A stretch of 64,000 nucleotides of DNA from Candidatus Latescibacterota bacterium (GTDB lineage: Bacteria > Latescibacterota > UBA2968 > UBA8231): the NCBI GenBank assembly GCA_965197905.1, contig CBDAOB010000005.1, forward strand, positions 2,464,001 to 2,528,000, given 5' to 3'. The notes under the pieces were generated by a model, which was given only the letters and a program-made list of their open reading frames with translations, had not been told where the DNA came from and made no database searches. Both the position numbers and the translations under genes were made by a program. Position 1 is the stretch's first letter; every line of letters starts with the position of its first letter. Below are positions 62,677 to 64,000 of this stretch, one piece after another.

Positions 62677-63236
62677 TGAACAACGGAAACGGGGATATGG
62701 ACGAGCAGCGGGAGCCCGATCTGGCACTGGCGACACCGCAGCGGAAAGCCAAGAAGACAACGATAGGCCTGCTGGTGAATGACCGGCCGGGTGTTCTCAT
62801 GCGCATCAGCCAGGTGTTCAGCCGACGAGCCTACAACATTGAATCCCTGGTGGTCTCTCCGGCCCACGTCTCGAATACCTCGCGCATGACCATAACCTGC
62901 ACCGGTCCCGAGGACGTGCTGCTGCAAATCATTCTGCAGCTGAACAAACTCGTCGACGTGGTGCACGCCAGAGACCATACTGATGACGAAGCGGTCACGC
63001 GGGAGCTGGCGCTGTTCAAGGTGGGATGTAGCGTGGCGCAGCGAACGGAGGTTCTGCAGATCACCGAAGTTTTCCGCGGCAAGACGGTGGACATCTCGGA
63101 TGACACCGTCACCCTGGAAGCAACCGGAACGTCTGAAAAGATGGATGCGCTGGAGTCGCTGCTGGGAAAGTTCGACTTGCGGGAGGTAGTGCGCACCGGC
63201 AAGATCGTCATGGCCCGCGGCGACGAGAGTACCTGA
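62676..63236 (+). CDS. ilvN: Acetolactate synthase small (regulatory) subunit
   Basis: VNDRPGVLMRISQVFSRRAYNIESL, QLNKLVDV, RELALFKV, EVVRTG. Confidence 0.95.
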   Translation: MNNGNGDMDEQREPDLALATPQRKAKKTTIGLLVNDRPGVLMRISQVFSRRAYNIESLVVSPAHVSNTSRMTITCTGPEDVLLQIILQLNKLVDVVHARDHTDDEAVTRELALFKVGCSVAQRTEVLQITEVFRGKTVDISDDTVTLEATGTSEKMDALESLLGKFDLREVVRTGKIVMARGDEST

Positions 63237-63245
63237 GCAAACCTC

Positions 63246-64000
63246 CTAGAAATGAACGCCGAGCTGCAGATAGGTCAGGCGGCCGATCTCGGGCGCCCCT
63301 ACCGACTCGCGGTGCTCGTTGTTCAGCAGATTACTCACATCGAGCTTGAGCGCTGCCCTGTACTGTAGCGGCAGGTTGTAGACGAGATTGGCGTCAACGA
63401 CCGTGTAGGAATCCACTTCGCCGACGTATACCCCGGAGTTCATGGGGAAGGCGTCGGCATAACGCAACTGTGCTCCCAGCTGCAGGTCCCAACGCGGCAG
63501 GCGATACGAGCCGCCGGCCTTTATCTTGTGCCTCGACGCGTTCAACGCGACGTCGGCGATGCCGGACAGGTTGGGAAAGAAATCGTCGCTGACATACGAA
63601 TAGCTTCCGCTCATGCTCCAGATATCGTTTGGAAAGTAGGCCAGGTTGACATCCAAGCCGTTAATCGTCACATCGCCGAAGTTGCGATAGGCGAGGATGA
63701 CCGCCGTCGGATCCGAGGCCTGTACCGGCGACACGGTGCCAAACGGAATCCGGGCTACCCCGCCGGCAAAGAGACTCGTTAGATCATCGGTTGCCGTGCC
63801 GTTCCTGTTCCCTACGAATACGCCAGGTATGTTGAGCGTGTCGACCCCCGCCAACACCGCTGCGATCTCCGCGTTGGCGTCATCCGCCAGGGCAGCACCG
63901 ATCGCCGGACCCAGAGCGACCCCCAGGCTCGGTCCGTCCAGAAACACATTGGGCGTCTCCACTCCCAGCGGCCCCACGAAATCCTCCGTCTTGGTGCGGT
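63246..64000 (-). CDS. TonB-dependent receptor, C-terminal part (partial, runs off the right edge)
   Basis: YRNFG..GLD, beta-strands, SNLLNNEHRE..GAP.IGR, terminal Phe. Confidence 0.85.
   Translation of the reverse strand, partial: RTKTEDFVGPLGVETPNVFLDGPSLGVALGPAIGAALADDANAEIAAVLAGVDTLNIPGVFVGNRNGTATDDLTSLFAGGVARIPFGTVSPVQASDPTAVILAYRNFGDVTINGLDVNLAYFPNDIWSMSGSYSYVSDDFFPNLSGIADVALNASRHKIKAGGSYRLPRWDLQLGAQLRYADAFPMNSGVYVGEVDSYTVVDANLVYNLPLQYRAALKLDVSNLLNNEHRESVGAPEIGRLTYLQLGVHF

Noticed and set aside
1..64000. CRISPR arrays, tRNA/rRNA genes, transposases, prophage genes
   Set aside because: None recognised by eye; tRNAscan and CRISPR finders were not run

Overview
GC-rich bacterial chromosomal window. 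By inference from a DUF6785/6784-type membrane gene and several proteins ending in a (T/S)WGxxK-like tail, it may be Latescibacterota-like. The core is a ~27.5 kb minus-strand flagellar cluster (flgBC-orf-slt-fliEFHIJK-flgD-flgE-flbD-motAB-fliLMN-fliOPQR-flhBAF-flhG-fliA-orf-HDOD-GAF kinase-orf; no fliG) with two good sigma54 promoters and a possible sigma28 promoter. To its left lie relA/spoT and hisC. To its right lie a surface-glycosylation cluster, mpl/LD-carboxypeptidase, larA-galU-acyl-CoA synthetase, a triplicated FapA, ilvBN and the end of a TonB receptor. Main find: a 749-nt ORF-less group II (IIB-type) intron at 24115-24863 inside the hook gene flgE. It has canonical ends, domains V and VI, and an EBS1 matching the flgE exon, and its removal restores the reading frame exactly. 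Second find: many lesions (1-bp indels, a nonsense codon, an 11-bp tandem duplication, deletions) cluster in the flagellar and nearby accessory genes while the housekeeping genes look intact. This suggests ongoing loss of motility, although some homopolymer indels could be sequencing errors.
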